Source of the DNA: a virus
Lineage: Duplodnaviria; Caudoviricetes
Length of the DNA stretch: 63,688 nucleotides
Virus record (IMG/VR): IMGVR_UViG_3300036846_000403
Span: 1-63,688 of that record
Reading direction: 5' to 3' (one strand)
Positions 49,614 to 59,358 of this stretch are shown piece after piece. The position numbers and the translations under genes are program-made. Every line of letters starts with the position of its first letter. Within the stretch, counting starts at the first letter, position 1. The notes beneath the pieces are model-generated. The model had not been told where the DNA came from and searched no databases. It worked only from the letters and a program-made list of their open reading frames with translations.

Positions 49614-51166
49614 CCGGCCACCGGCTCATTCGTCGGGCCGCCGGGAGCAGTAGCGGCCGGAGCACCAGGCGGCAGCTGCGGGGGTGGCGCAGCACCGCCG
49701 AGGGACGTTGGTGCCCCGGCCTGTATAGTGGTAGCCTGCTGCTGCTGGATAAGCTGCTGTACCATCTCTTGTGCCTTCTCGCGTTGCGCAGCAAGCTGCC
49801 AGGATGCTACATCATCCGCGGTGACGCCAGGAATCCGCGCCCACAGTTCCTCAGCCGGGACGCCCAGCATCTGTGCAGCCTTTGTCAGGCCGTCGATCGT
49901 CGCGCCGAACGCGCGGGCCGACGTATCCCGCCACACGACCGTACCGAACAGGTCGTTCCAGCCGTCCTTGTTTCCCGACGCTAGCGACGTCAGCCGGAAC
50001 ACGTTCCGCCACGGGTCCGTCATTCCGGCCTGGAGTTCCTCAATCTTCCGGTCTAGGCCGTCCCGCGCCGCAGCGAGCGCTTCGGCCGACATGTTGGCTA
50101 CCTGACCAAGCAGGTGGTACGGCGGCACCTGGCATACGGTCGACATATGCCTGATGCCATCCTCACGCACCGTCGAGTACGGCTGTAGGGCCGTCTCCCC
50201 GAACTCGCCAAACTTCGTGGCCGGGTCATCCGACGCCCATACCCGGTCTACACCGGGCCGGAATGGCGCCTGCTCGCGGCCATCTTCATCGACAGGCGCC
50301 ATTCCGGAGACATACCGCTGCCGGAACGCAGCGAACTGAGTAGAGATCATCAGGTTGAACGTATCGAAGTTGATCTGGTCCTGAATCGGCATGATCGGCT
50401 CGATCTCGCCAATACAGTCTTCCTCGGCGTCCAGGTCGACTTCATACAGGTACCGAACGACCGGACATAGACCCATACCGTGCGTCGAGATTACCGGCTG
50501 CCCGTTCAGCAAGGCGTCCGTGGGATCGGCTAGCTTCAGCTGCGCACTACTGATATCCGGAGCCGCATTCCCGGTGAGGATATAGCGGTTCTCCTCATCG
50601 TAGACGTACACCATCATCTGCGACCTGCCCTTGGGCAAGTTGACGATGTTGACCTCGATGGCGAACTGCGGCCACTCGTCGTCAACCTCATCCGCGTAGA
50701 ACGCAGTCATCCGGCGCGGCGATACCGGCCGGATAACCGGCACGTCGGCTAGCTGCTCCTCATCCGAAGTCATTTGCCCCGGCAGCACGACAGTGTACGC
50801 CGAACCGTACTTGATCACCGCGCGATGAATGCCGTGCTGCCGCGACACCATTCGGTTTGCGCGGAAAGCATCCCACTCGGGCTGAGGCGTCTGTGCGGAC
50901 GCGATCTCATTTGAAGTCGCCCCGCTCGGCCGGTACCCATCAACGTGGAGGTTCTCTGATATGACCGAAATGACTAGCGGCAGGAAGTTGCGCCTGGCCT
51001 TCTTTGCTATCCAGCGGTACTCCGCATTAACCCCACGCGGAATGTACGGCGGGTCCTGACGCCCCCGGACATAGTTCCCAATACGCCGCAGCCGTATCTG
51101 CTCCTGCTGACGAGACTGTAGCGCCGCATTCACGGTGTCAATAAGGTCACTACTGCCGATAATCAT
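49610..51166 (-). CDS. portal protein
   Basis: AFRQRY.SG, KFGEF, N.SAEAL, V.WRD; follows terminase. Confidence 0.9.
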   Translation of the reverse strand: MIIGSSDLIDTVNAALQSRQQEQIRLRRIGNYVRGRQDPPYIPRGVNAEYRWIAKKARRNFLPLVISVISENLHVDGYRPSGATSNEIASAQTPQPEWDAFRANRMVSRQHGIHRAVIKYGSAYTVVLPGQMTSDEEQLADVPVIRPVSPRRMTAFYADEVDDEWPQFAIEVNIVNLPKGRSQMMVYVYDEENRYILTGNAAPDISSAQLKLADPTDALLNGQPVISTHGMGLCPVVRYLYEVDLDAEEDCIGEIEPIMPIQDQINFDTFNLMISTQFAAFRQRYVSGMAPVDEDGREQAPFRPGVDRVWASDDPATKFGEFGETALQPYSTVREDGIRHMSTVCQVPPYHLLGQVANMSAEALAAARDGLDRKIEELQAGMTDPWRNVFRLTSLASGNKDGWNDLFGTVVWRDTSARAFGATIDGLTKAAQMLGVPAEELWARIPGVTADDVASWQLAAQREKAQEMVQQLIQQQQATTIQAGAPTSLGGAAPPPQLPPGAPAATAPGGPTNEPVAG

Positions 51167-52812
51167 GAGAACGACCACACTCTCCGCTTTGACTTTGCCG
51201 AAGCCTCTTCCTTGCGCTCCTTGTATTTCTTTGAGCCGAGCACGAGACGCCGGGCATGCCGCGCCCCGACCATACAGACGCAGGCGTCAATTTTCTTCGG
51301 GCTCTTGGGCGCTTCCTTGCCAATCGACACGCCCCAGCGATTCGGACGACGCCTGGCATTAACGACATGCCGGCCTAGCGACGAGTCGCCGTCATGCACA
51401 AACGATGCTCTATCAATCTCAGATAGCACCATCTCACACGCCTGCGTGAACTCTCCCACATGCGAGCGCATATCCCATGCAACCGGCTGAGGATCACGTC
51501 CGCCAGGTACAGCCCATACATCAACAGTGTCTTCAAACCATTCCCGCCAGGTAATCTTGGTGGACTCTTCCCACTCCTTGACGTCCGCGAAGAACGCACA
51601 TACGTTCCAGCGCTCCTTGGCTTCCTGGATCGCTAGGTGTACTTCCTCTGCCGGGATGTACCGTCCCAGTGCCCTTGGCTCCCACACGCCTAGACAGAAT
51701 ATGAATCCTGTCTCGATATGACACCCTACCAGTGCCGTAGCATCCTCAACACGAGAGCCATCAAAGAACATGACGATGTCATCATCATCCGCAATCCTGA
51801 ATTCCGGGTCTGCCATCCGGGCCCACTTCTGCTGCGTGGTCCAGGCGTCTTCTGGAGATTCAGGCCAATTGAGGTAATAACGCTTAGACACATCGAGCGG
51901 TGTGCGAGGCGAGAGGATGCGGTTCTCCACAATGTCCTCAACATCCACCCAATAAGCATCGCCATAAGCAAATTCAACAGCTTTGCGGATAGATGCAGTG
52001 TCATCGAAGTCGACATCAGGAGGGGCCATACGCGCATCATATAGGATACGGCCTTTGCCTTTGAGGCGCCCTTCCTCCTGCGATACCCAAGCATCAAACG
52101 TTGTCTCAGCAACGCTCTCCTTCCCCGGCTCCCATGCATTCGAAGTCTCGATAATCCGCGAGCCCGACTTACCGACGTTGCGGTCCATAACTTCGGCAAG
52201 GTCAACTCCACCGTTTGATGACGTAAACGATTCCGTCTGGTCCAGAATCGCAAACGTGACCAGCGCCCCTTCCTCGGTAGTGGGAGAAGACGTGATGACC
52301 ATGAGCTGGCCACCGCCCGGTACGTGGAAGATGGTCTTGCCAGCCTCGACGTCATAGTCTCGCAAAATTCTCGAGTTCTTTGGTAGGAGAGCCCGGACCA
52401 TACGCATCGTGTTGATGTTGGCCTGGTCATGAGAAGACGCTCCGATCTGGACTAGCGGCATCGACACTTTCTTGCCTACACAACCGCCAGGCACTTCGGC
52501 ATTGAACCGCGCCATACGAACGGGCGCAAGCAGTTCGATCATAGCTAGCACGGCGGCGAAGGGACTTTTCCCCGCTCCTTTTGGGTACCGGCGCACTCCA
52601 TGGTAGAAAAGCCAGCGCCCATCATCACGCACGGCGTACCACCACAATAGGAACCGCACCTGCGACTCAGTGAACTCCCATCTCAGCCCCGCGTCCGGGC
52701 CGTCCGGTTGTTTGAGATACTTCGTCGCCCAATGGATTGCTTCCCACCCGAGTGTGAGTTCGGGGAATCCTTCCGGCAGTGTCACGAGCCGGTCTCGTGG
52801 CGCTACGAACAT
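51163..52812 (-). CDS. terminase large subunit
   Basis: PKGAGKSP, FFDGS...DATAL, KIDA. Confidence 0.93.
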   Translation of the reverse strand: MFVAPRDRLVTLPEGFPELTLGWEAIHWATKYLKQPDGPDAGLRWEFTESQVRFLLWWYAVRDDGRWLFYHGVRRYPKGAGKSPFAAVLAMIELLAPVRMARFNAEVPGGCVGKKVSMPLVQIGASSHDQANINTMRMVRALLPKNSRILRDYDVEAGKTIFHVPGGGQLMVITSSPTTEEGALVTFAILDQTESFTSSNGGVDLAEVMDRNVGKSGSRIIETSNAWEPGKESVAETTFDAWVSQEEGRLKGKGRILYDARMAPPDVDFDDTASIRKAVEFAYGDAYWVDVEDIVENRILSPRTPLDVSKRYYLNWPESPEDAWTTQQKWARMADPEFRIADDDDIVMFFDGSRVEDATALVGCHIETGFIFCLGVWEPRALGRYIPAEEVHLAIQEAKERWNVCAFFADVKEWEESTKITWREWFEDTVDVWAVPGGRDPQPVAWDMRSHVGEFTQACEMVLSEIDRASFVHDGDSSLGRHVVNARRRPNRWGVSIGKEAPKSPKKIDACVCMVGARHARRLVLGSKKYKERKEEASAKSKRRVWSFS

Positions 52813-52831
52813 GGAATCCCCCCATCTTGTT

Positions 52832-54247
52832 CTAAGGCGTGCCGACGTACCTACGCAGGTTTGCCATCACTTCTGAACTCGGCTTCACGACCTGTGACGT
52901 ACCCCGCAGCGCTGCTGCGCCGGTCTTCATTGTGCCCGGTCCCTTTGCTCCCCTCGCGCCGACGACCGTACGCGCTGCGACGGGATGCTTCGGCTTAGCT
53001 GGTGCCCGCGGCTTCTTGGGCTTTGCCGGCGCACGCGGCTTCGGGGGTGCCTTCGGGATCTTGCCCTTTGGCACTGCCTTCTTGCGGTGGTGTAGGTAGA
53101 GCCCCATTTGCCCTAGCTGTAGAGCCGTTATGCCACCGCGCCCGGCACTAGCCAGCGCCCGCCGACGCCGGTCAGCCGCCGCCTGGCGCTTCTGATCCCT
53201 CTGGGCCTTGCGGTCCTTCGCAGCCTTGTCCCGTGTAGCCTGAGCTTGCTTGGCCGACTTCTCCTGAGCCGTTGCCTCTTTCTTTGAGGCTTGATCGCTC
53301 TCCTTCTGAGACTTTGCGGCCGCCCGCTCTGATTCGCGGGTATTGCGGCGCGCTTCCGACTCCTGCTGCCTTAGCGCGGCCCGGACATCAGACTTCTCGG
53401 CCCCGGTCGACGCTGCAACTGCTGACACGTGCGCCTCTCGTGCCCTCCTGGCCTCCGCAACCTTGTGGGTAGCCGCGCGCAGCGCCTCGTGCTCCGGAGA
53501 GCTGCCCCGCTGCGCCGCTGCGGCGTGCTCCTGTGCTCTCTGGTGCTCGATAGCTTGCTTCTTGGCCTCTTTTTCGGCCACGGCCCGTTCCCGCTCGGTC
53601 ATCTTTGAGGCTCGTGCGGATTCCCTCTGCTGCCTCTCGGACGCTCGCTGAGCTTCGCGCTGCCCTCTCTCGAAATTGCGCTGGTGAGCAGTTACCTGCC
53701 TTGCTGCTGTGGCACGCCGCCTCTGCAGATCGCGTGCGGCCCCTTCGTGAGCCCGTTGCGTTGCGGCTGAAGTCCGTGCAGTCTCTCTCTGCGCAGCGGC
53801 TGCGGCCCGCTCACCTTCACGCTGCTGTTGTAGCGCGACGCGCCTTGCCTCGGCCTCGCCCCGCATCTGCTCCCTCTCAGCAGCCCGGATTGCGGTCGTG
53901 CTAACGCCGTGCTGCGCAGCTAGCTGCTTGACCCTTTCATCGGAAAGCCGTTTCTGTGCCTCAAGGGCACGAGCCCGGCCGGCAACCCTGTCAGAAGCAA
54001 GCTGCCCAGCAGCCCGCTCCCTTCCGCCCGCACTGCCACCGCCACCGGCCCGTGCGACACCCATCTTCTGCTTCGCAACACGCTGCGTTTTCTTCTCTAT
54101 TGCCCGGCCGACTCCAGCACCGCCTCCCGCGCCAGTGCCAGGCTTGATAGCGCCAGACTTGAGACGGCGTAGGTGTGGATGGCGTGGCCCGCCTAGGTCC
54201 CAGCGGCCGTGGAACCCGCGCCGCTCAACAGGATTGAAGTTGACCAC
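52832..54247 (-). CDS. long basic Ala/Arg/Gln coiled-coil protein with Lys/Pro-rich tail
   Basis: 471-aa ORF filling the gap between terminase subunits. Confidence 0.7.
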   Translation of the reverse strand: MVNFNPVERRGFHGRWDLGGPRHPHLRRLKSGAIKPGTGAGGGAGVGRAIEKKTQRVAKQKMGVARAGGGGSAGGRERAAGQLASDRVAGRARALEAQKRLSDERVKQLAAQHGVSTTAIRAAEREQMRGEAEARRVALQQQREGERAAAAAQRETARTSAATQRAHEGAARDLQRRRATAARQVTAHQRNFERGQREAQRASERQQRESARASKMTERERAVAEKEAKKQAIEHQRAQEHAAAAQRGSSPEHEALRAATHKVAEARRAREAHVSAVAASTGAEKSDVRAALRQQESEARRNTRESERAAAKSQKESDQASKKEATAQEKSAKQAQATRDKAAKDRKAQRDQKRQAAADRRRRALASAGRGGITALQLGQMGLYLHHRKKAVPKGKIPKAPPKPRAPAKPKKPRAPAKPKHPVAARTVVGARGAKGPGTMKTGAAALRGTSQVVKPSSEVMANLRRYVGTP

Positions 54248-54250
54248 GAG

Positions 54251-54694
54251 TCACGCCTCCTTGACGATACCGAGCCGGCCATGCCACTTGATCACGGCCT
54301 CATCTGCGGCATCCTCATCAACATCCGCGACATCCGCATCTTCTAGCTCGATGCGGTTGCGCTTCCGGTCGACAACAGTGACCCCGAGCCGTTCGGTAAT
54401 CCGCAGGAATGACGGCAGCAGATTCGCATGATACGTACGCATGTACATGTCATAGATCTGTGCCGCCACTACTGCGGTTGCCCAGTCGGATGCCTCGTAG
54501 AAGTCCGACTGCCCCGAGAGAGCCAGGGAGTTGAACCAGGACTGCGCCTGCGGATGCCAGTTTGGGTTGGCCGCAGGAATGGGGATGCCTTTCCGCCGAG
54601 AGGTCCCCTGGGTCACGGAAACGAAACGCGGGTCATCAAGCGTTCCGGTTCCGCCGCCAGTACGCTGTTCTGGTTTCTTCCTGGCTGCTACCAT
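54251..54694 (-). CDS. terminase small subunit
   Basis: WHP.A..W..SL..SGQ..FYE.SDW...LG.T..DR.R.RIE actinophage pattern. Confidence 0.85.
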   Translation of the reverse strand: MVAARKKPEQRTGGGTGTLDDPRFVSVTQGTSRRKGIPIPAANPNWHPQAQSWFNSLALSGQSDFYEASDWATAVVAAQIYDMYMRTYHANLLPSFLRITERLGVTVVDRKRNRIELEDADVADVDEDAADEAVIKWHGRLGIVKEA

Positions 54695-54703
54695 CGCCCC
54701 TCC

Positions 54704-55513
54704 CTACGCCTTGGCGCCGTGGTGCTTGACGTGCGGGTCATCCGGGTTGGTCTCCGGTGCCGCCGTCGGGATCCACGCCCAGGCCGGGCGCTGCGCGTTG
54801 ACTAGGCACACCACCCAGTCGCCCGGCTGCCGGTCCTCAGGCGGCAGCTTGGGCTGGTACCCCGGCAGGGCATTGTCCGGGAACACGACCTGGGCGATGA
54901 AGGCGCGCTCCATCGCACCGCCGTTGTCGACCCAGTACCAGACGCCGTGGTTGAGGTCCGGCAGGTCCGGGTGGCCGGGGATCTGGTCAGGGTCGAAGGA
55001 CGGCAGTCCCTCGGGCGGGTCGGGCCACACCACGGGCGGCAGGTAGATCGGCGGCATTACGTGGCCGGGCGGCGGCTGCGGCAGGGGCAGTCCGATGTCG
55101 ATGTACTCGGGCGGACGGCCACCCCAGATGCCGGGCGGCTCACCACCACCTCCCGTCGGCGGGTAGTAGATGGGCGGCATCGCCACGGGCGGCCAGCCAG
55201 GAATCGGCTGCGGCTGCGGCGGCGTGGTGTCGACCCACGGAGGCGCTACGCCACCCCAGAAGCCGGGCGGCGAGCCACCGCCGCCACCCGGAGGTTGCGG
55301 CTGCGGCAGCGTGTTGTCGATCCACTCGGGCGGCGTGCCACCCCAGAAGCCCGGCGGGTTGCCCGGACCCGCGCCAGGCGGGTTCGGCCACACCGTCGGC
55401 GGGATGGGGTGCTCTACGTGCGGCGGCGGGCCACCAGGCGCGATGGGGTGCGTCGGCGTCCCCGGCACATCCTCATCCACCCATCCGATGACCTTGACTA
55501 GCTTCCATGCCAT
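54704..55513 (-). CDS. proline-rich repeat protein
   Basis: AAAGGGA RBS; high GC3; PPG(F/I)WGG repeats. Confidence 0.85.
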   Translation of the reverse strand: MAWKLVKVIGWVDEDVPGTPTHPIAPGGPPPHVEHPIPPTVWPNPPGAGPGNPPGFWGGTPPEWIDNTLPQPQPPGGGGGSPPGFWGGVAPPWVDTTPPQPQPIPGWPPVAMPPIYYPPTGGGGEPPGIWGGRPPEYIDIGLPLPQPPPGHVMPPIYLPPVVWPDPPEGLPSFDPDQIPGHPDLPDLNHGVWYWVDNGGAMERAFIAQVVFPDNALPGYQPKLPPEDRQPGDWVVCLVNAQRPAWAWIPTAAPETNPDDPHVKHHGAKA

Positions 55514-55527
55514 GCGTTTGTCCCTTT

Positions 55528-55758
55528 CTACTTTGCTGGCGGCTTCCCTTGTAGCTGCCCGCTTCCCTTGGATGTATTGCCTTTATTGCCAGGCGTGACG
55601 GGTCCGTCTCCCGGCTTCCAGTCGTCCGGCACGGCACCCGCGCCATGACAAGTCTTACACACATGTGTGTCAATGCTGCCCGTCCCCGAGCAGGGTGGGC
55701 ATGCCTTCTCACCTGCGCCAGGCTCACGCTTCTGCTGAATCGGCACGAACGGAGGCAT
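55528..55758 (-). CDS. small DnaJ-type Zn-finger protein
   Basis: CPPCSGTG and CKTCHGAG (CxxCxGxG x2). Confidence 0.7.
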   Translation of the reverse strand: MPPFVPIQQKREPGAGEKACPPCSGTGSIDTHVCKTCHGAGAVPDDWKPGDGPVTPGNKGNTSKGSGQLQGKPPAK

Positions 55759-56074
55759 CCGGCACCTCCTCACGAATGTAGCCCGGATGGGGCTCATGTG
55801 GCCTGAACCGCAAAGATCTCATAGCAGCTTGTGATGCACGCCCTTGTTCACCGGTGCGCTTCCGGTGGTGCGGGGTACAAATCCCGCGCAACATCTCTGG
55901 CCGATGGTCATTCGGATCACCCATGTGGTCGGCCTCCGTTGAGTCCTGGCCGCACGGTCCCTGCTCTCCTGGCAGACGGCCCCACTGACACACGGGGTCT
56001 CGCGCCAGCGTCATGTTGCGCAGACGCCCCCACCCAGCAGGCAGGGGCGTGCTACGCCAGGAGCTAGCACTCAT
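55724..56074 (-). CDS. HNH endonuclease (packaging-associated)
   Basis: RD..CQ...EADH...LRGIC..HH..RT; upstream of terminase genes. Confidence 0.8.
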   Translation of the reverse strand: MSASSWRSTPLPAGWGRLRNMTLARDPVCQWGRLPGEQGPCGQDSTEADHMGDPNDHRPEMLRGICTPHHRKRTGEQGRASQAAMRSLRFRPHEPHPGYIREEVPDASVRADSAEA

Positions 56075-56227
56075 CAGCCACTCCAGCATTCCAGCACCGG
56101 TCCTGCCCACGCTGCGCATCCACTGGCGACGGGCCAAGGGACAAACCCGCACCATCCACCGTCGGACTATTGAAGCCCTCCACCCTAGATCACCACCCTC
56201 CGCAGCGCATCCGGTGCTTACGGGTCG

Positions 56228-56256
56228 AGGATACCCGATCCGGCCCGGAAAGTCTA
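56228..56256 (-). promoter_or_regulatory. Promoter TAGACT-N17-TATCCT heading the virion operon
   Basis: Family match. Confidence 0.6.
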
Positions 56257-56331
56257 CCCCAAAGGCCATTCGAACATTTATTCGAGCTATCGAAAGTAAG
56301 TTCTACTCCGGAGCTGGGGTATACTTGGACC

Positions 56332-56901
56332 GTGAACAGGGTTGAGGATGTCGATGAGAGTGTTGCCACCCGGTACAACGGCACCCTGTTCCGTAGCAGA
56401 CTCGAAGCCCGGTATGCCGTGTTCTTCGACGCGGCCGGAATCGACTGGCAGTACGAGCCCGTGCCGCCACTGGTCCTGAAGCGCACCCGCCGCCGGGGCG
56501 ACTCGTTCTGGTACCTCCCCGACTTCGTGCTCCCGCAAACGAACACCGTATGCGACGTGAAGGGCTTCCTTGCTCCGGATGGCCTCCAGCGCCTCCTGGC
56601 GGTGGCCCGCGCCATCCCCCACGGGCTCACTGTCCTCGGGCACCTGCCAAGCGTATGGCAGTCGCGCTGGCCGTGCTCTATTATCAAGCGTAAGGGCGAA
56701 CTCGTCGCCGTGCCGTGGACGCCATATCCCGCGCCATCCCGTCGGCGGGTCGTCTATGAGGAGCATATCACGGCACGCCTCCTTCTGGAAGGGTTCCCGG
56801 TAACCATCCCCGAGTGGGCCGAGGTTCCACTTGTTAGGGCAAGGTACTTCTACTTCCCTAAGACAACAGGCCCTATTCACCCGCGCCAAACCTATTCCTG
56901 A
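56332..56901 (+). CDS. PD-(D/E)XK nuclease-like protein
   Basis: Y.G..FRSRLEA..A.FFD..GI.W.YEP, YLPDF, DVKG. Confidence 0.75.
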   Translation: MNRVEDVDESVATRYNGTLFRSRLEARYAVFFDAAGIDWQYEPVPPLVLKRTRRRGDSFWYLPDFVLPQTNTVCDVKGFLAPDGLQRLLAVARAIPHGLTVLGHLPSVWQSRWPCSIIKRKGELVAVPWTPYPAPSRRRVVYEEHITARLLLEGFPVTIPEWAEVPLVRARYFYFPKTTGPIHPRQTYS

Positions 56902-56907
56902 TCAATC

Positions 56908-57013
56908 GAGCTGGGACCGAGTTAGATACTATAACGTAGTTATATCTAACCCCGTCCCAGGTCCCAACTCAAAACAGAGTTGGGACGGTCCCAACTCGTC
57001 CTAACTCCGTCCC
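56908..57013. repeat. Iteron/palindrome array, candidate replication origin
   Basis: GTCCCAACTC direct and inverted copies; AT-rich imperfect palindrome 56921-56950. Confidence 0.65.
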
Positions 57014-58128
57014 ATCTGGCTCTGAAGCGCAAATACTTTACTATTCCTTCCCGAAGGTTTTGATACAATATCGCCACTCCTTTCCGCTGCGGATATTACC
57101 TTGGCTCTGAATCCTGATTGCCCATCTATGTACTCTTTCAGGGAAGTGGTGTTGAGGTTCCATGGGCCGGCCTGCTCGATTGCGTTCACTACCTGTTCAA
57201 TTCCATGCTCCATTTTGTCGTATTCACGGCCCTTTGAATCACTTACTACGTGAAGCGTTCCCGTATTGTACTCGTAGTCTAGAGTTAGCTCCGGCCACAG
57301 AGATATACCACGGCCAAAAGCTGAGATATACCGGCGCGAATCAGGTGGTATTTCGCCTATATCACCGCTATGCCGGTACCCGATATTGGCATCAGAGTTC
57401 CCTAGAATGGAGCTAGCGCCCCGTGCTCTCGGCATACCGTCCGTCTGCCCCATTACCGGATGTCCTGCGTGGTGAAGGATGAGCGTAGCTCGGACCCTAG
57501 CTTCTGCTACGATCATTTCAAGTTGTCGGAACCACCTATTGAATTCGGCCGGGTCATTCTCCTCATCAAGCATCCGGCCGAGTGGGTCTATTGTCCATTG
57601 CTCGATATCACGCTCCACGAGCCACTTAACTGTCCATTCAGCTATGTTGTCCTGTATGAAATCCATACGCTTCCCGCGTAGATGTGATGTGAAGATCCGG
57701 TTCGCACCTTTCTTGACCCTGCGATCCTGCCATTCAAACATCTGCGGCTCATCAACCTCAAGATTCCAGTACCCAACATTCCCGCCAATATCATCAACTT
57801 CAAAATAACGCAAGAAATTAGAATGTGAAGCTAGACAAGCTGCCAAGTCTATTCCCAACGTAGTCTTACCGGCCTTGAATTGTGCCGCCATGACCGAGAT
57901 TCCCTCTGGAAGGAACCCGTCGACGACATGACGTACCGGAGTTGGGGGATCTTCTCGTGCTTCTTGTAGTGAACTCCCCGGATCAGGCTCGATCCATGAT
58001 TCGTTATCGACCAAGCGCCTTGCGTCACGCCTGACGCGAATATTATGAGCCTCTTCTCTTACTGATTTGTAGAAGTTGCCGGTCATATCCGTGCTGCCGC
58101 GAAGGCCATTGCCGTTCAGACTATTCAT
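57001..58128 (-). CDS. RecA-fold (AAA_25) helicase
   Basis: AQFKAGKT, IDPL, LHHAG, RGAS. Confidence 0.82.
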   Translation of the reverse strand: MNSLNGNGLRGSTDMTGNFYKSVREEAHNIRVRRDARRLVDNESWIEPDPGSSLQEAREDPPTPVRHVVDGFLPEGISVMAAQFKAGKTTLGIDLAACLASHSNFLRYFEVDDIGGNVGYWNLEVDEPQMFEWQDRRVKKGANRIFTSHLRGKRMDFIQDNIAEWTVKWLVERDIEQWTIDPLGRMLDEENDPAEFNRWFRQLEMIVAEARVRATLILHHAGHPVMGQTDGMPRARGASSILGNSDANIGYRHSGDIGEIPPDSRRYISAFGRGISLWPELTLDYEYNTGTLHVVSDSKGREYDKMEHGIEQVVNAIEQAGPWNLNTTSLKEYIDGQSGFRAKVISAAERSGDIVSKPSGRNSKVFALQSQMGRS

Positions 58129-59180
58129 GACATCTTCCTCCAGTCACCTTTGCCTTCGCGCGGGATATTACGCATACCGCATACGTCTATCTCTTCTTGC
58201 TTGCCTGTTGCGGCGCGGGCCATAGCTGTGTTTACCACATCGGTCCATTCACGCCCAAGATTCCTACGACGTCGGGCATGGATGATTTCTTCCTCAATCA
58301 AATGCAAGGCCATATCAAGTCCTGTGTGTCCTTCCGAAGCATTACGACAGAGATGGGTAACAGCAACACACATAGCATCATGAAGACCGCCAAAATCGGC
58401 AGCGAGCCTTACATTGTTCCTTTGCTTTACCGACATCGCCCTCATATACTTACACATTTCACCATGACCAATTCCGGCATACCATGAAGCAACATTTTCC
58501 AGTTGCACTTTGTCAGTCACGGTAAATTCGCGTTCCGACAAAAGAAAATCGCGCCATTCAACTGGAAGTTTTGTCAATGCGGTGATTATTGGTGGCTTGA
58601 CTAGTTTATCGCCATACCACCAGCGGTACTGACGCCCGGTAGTGTTGTGAATCGACGGCGCGACCGTAGCGAAGCGGTGATGCCATTGCGCGATCTCTAC
58701 GCCAGAGCCCGGCCCGAGGTCGGTTAGCCAAACTTGATTGTTTTCGCGATGTGAGTAGTACAGGTAGATTCCGGAAACTTTGTCCTCGGGCGCACGAGAT
58801 GTAGAACGCCAGGTTGGCGGAAGGTTACATCCAATCATTTTTGCTATCTCGTTTATTGTCTTGGCGCCTGCCCGGCCGTCGTAGGCGTCTACGTCGATGC
58901 CGATAACGTCCCATGGCAGACGAATCCCTATATTGGCGGTAGGGAACTCATCGATGAATGCAAGCAGTTCCTCGTCGGTTGCGTCGATTCCGTTGTGCCC
59001 TGTGACGCCTTTGGCGAGCGGGGCCTTCGTTCCCCAGCGAGTAACAGGGATTGTTCCCTGCCAGCCGATCGAGCGGTAATAGGCCGCTGCCTGACGGAAT
59101 GGGAAGTGCTTGACGCCCCGTTTAGGGCTGTTCGTATTTAGGGCTTTACTTTCCCGGCCGCGTCCGGTATACTCGTTCAT
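58125..59180 (-). CDS. bifunctional primase-polymerase
   Basis: K.P...G.TG, NIG.RL, GIDVD, APS.H..G..Y.W. Confidence 0.82.
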   Translation of the reverse strand: MNEYTGRGRESKALNTNSPKRGVKHFPFRQAAAYYRSIGWQGTIPVTRWGTKAPLAKGVTGHNGIDATDEELLAFIDEFPTANIGIRLPWDVIGIDVDAYDGRAGAKTINEIAKMIGCNLPPTWRSTSRAPEDKVSGIYLYYSHRENNQVWLTDLGPGSGVEIAQWHHRFATVAPSIHNTTGRQYRWWYGDKLVKPPIITALTKLPVEWRDFLLSEREFTVTDKVQLENVASWYAGIGHGEMCKYMRAMSVKQRNNVRLAADFGGLHDAMCVAVTHLCRNASEGHTGLDMALHLIEEEIIHARRRRNLGREWTDVVNTAMARAATGKQEEIDVCGMRNIPREGKGDWRKMS

Positions 59181-59289
59181 AGATGGCTCCCTCCGCCATC
59201 GCCACGGCGGGCCGGACCCCCTCTTCAAGTGCCCGGCCCGCCATCTAACATACATTGGTAACCTGTATGTTAACGTTTAGGAAACTCTA

Positions 59290-59318
59290 AGTATACGCCG
59301 GGTAACGGCCGAAGTCTA
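59290..59318 (-). promoter_or_regulatory. Promoter TAGACT-N17-TATACT
   Basis: Family match. Confidence 0.65.
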
Positions 59319-59358
59319 CTGCATCATGCTGGATTTCTCTCCTAGCGAACGCTGTTTT

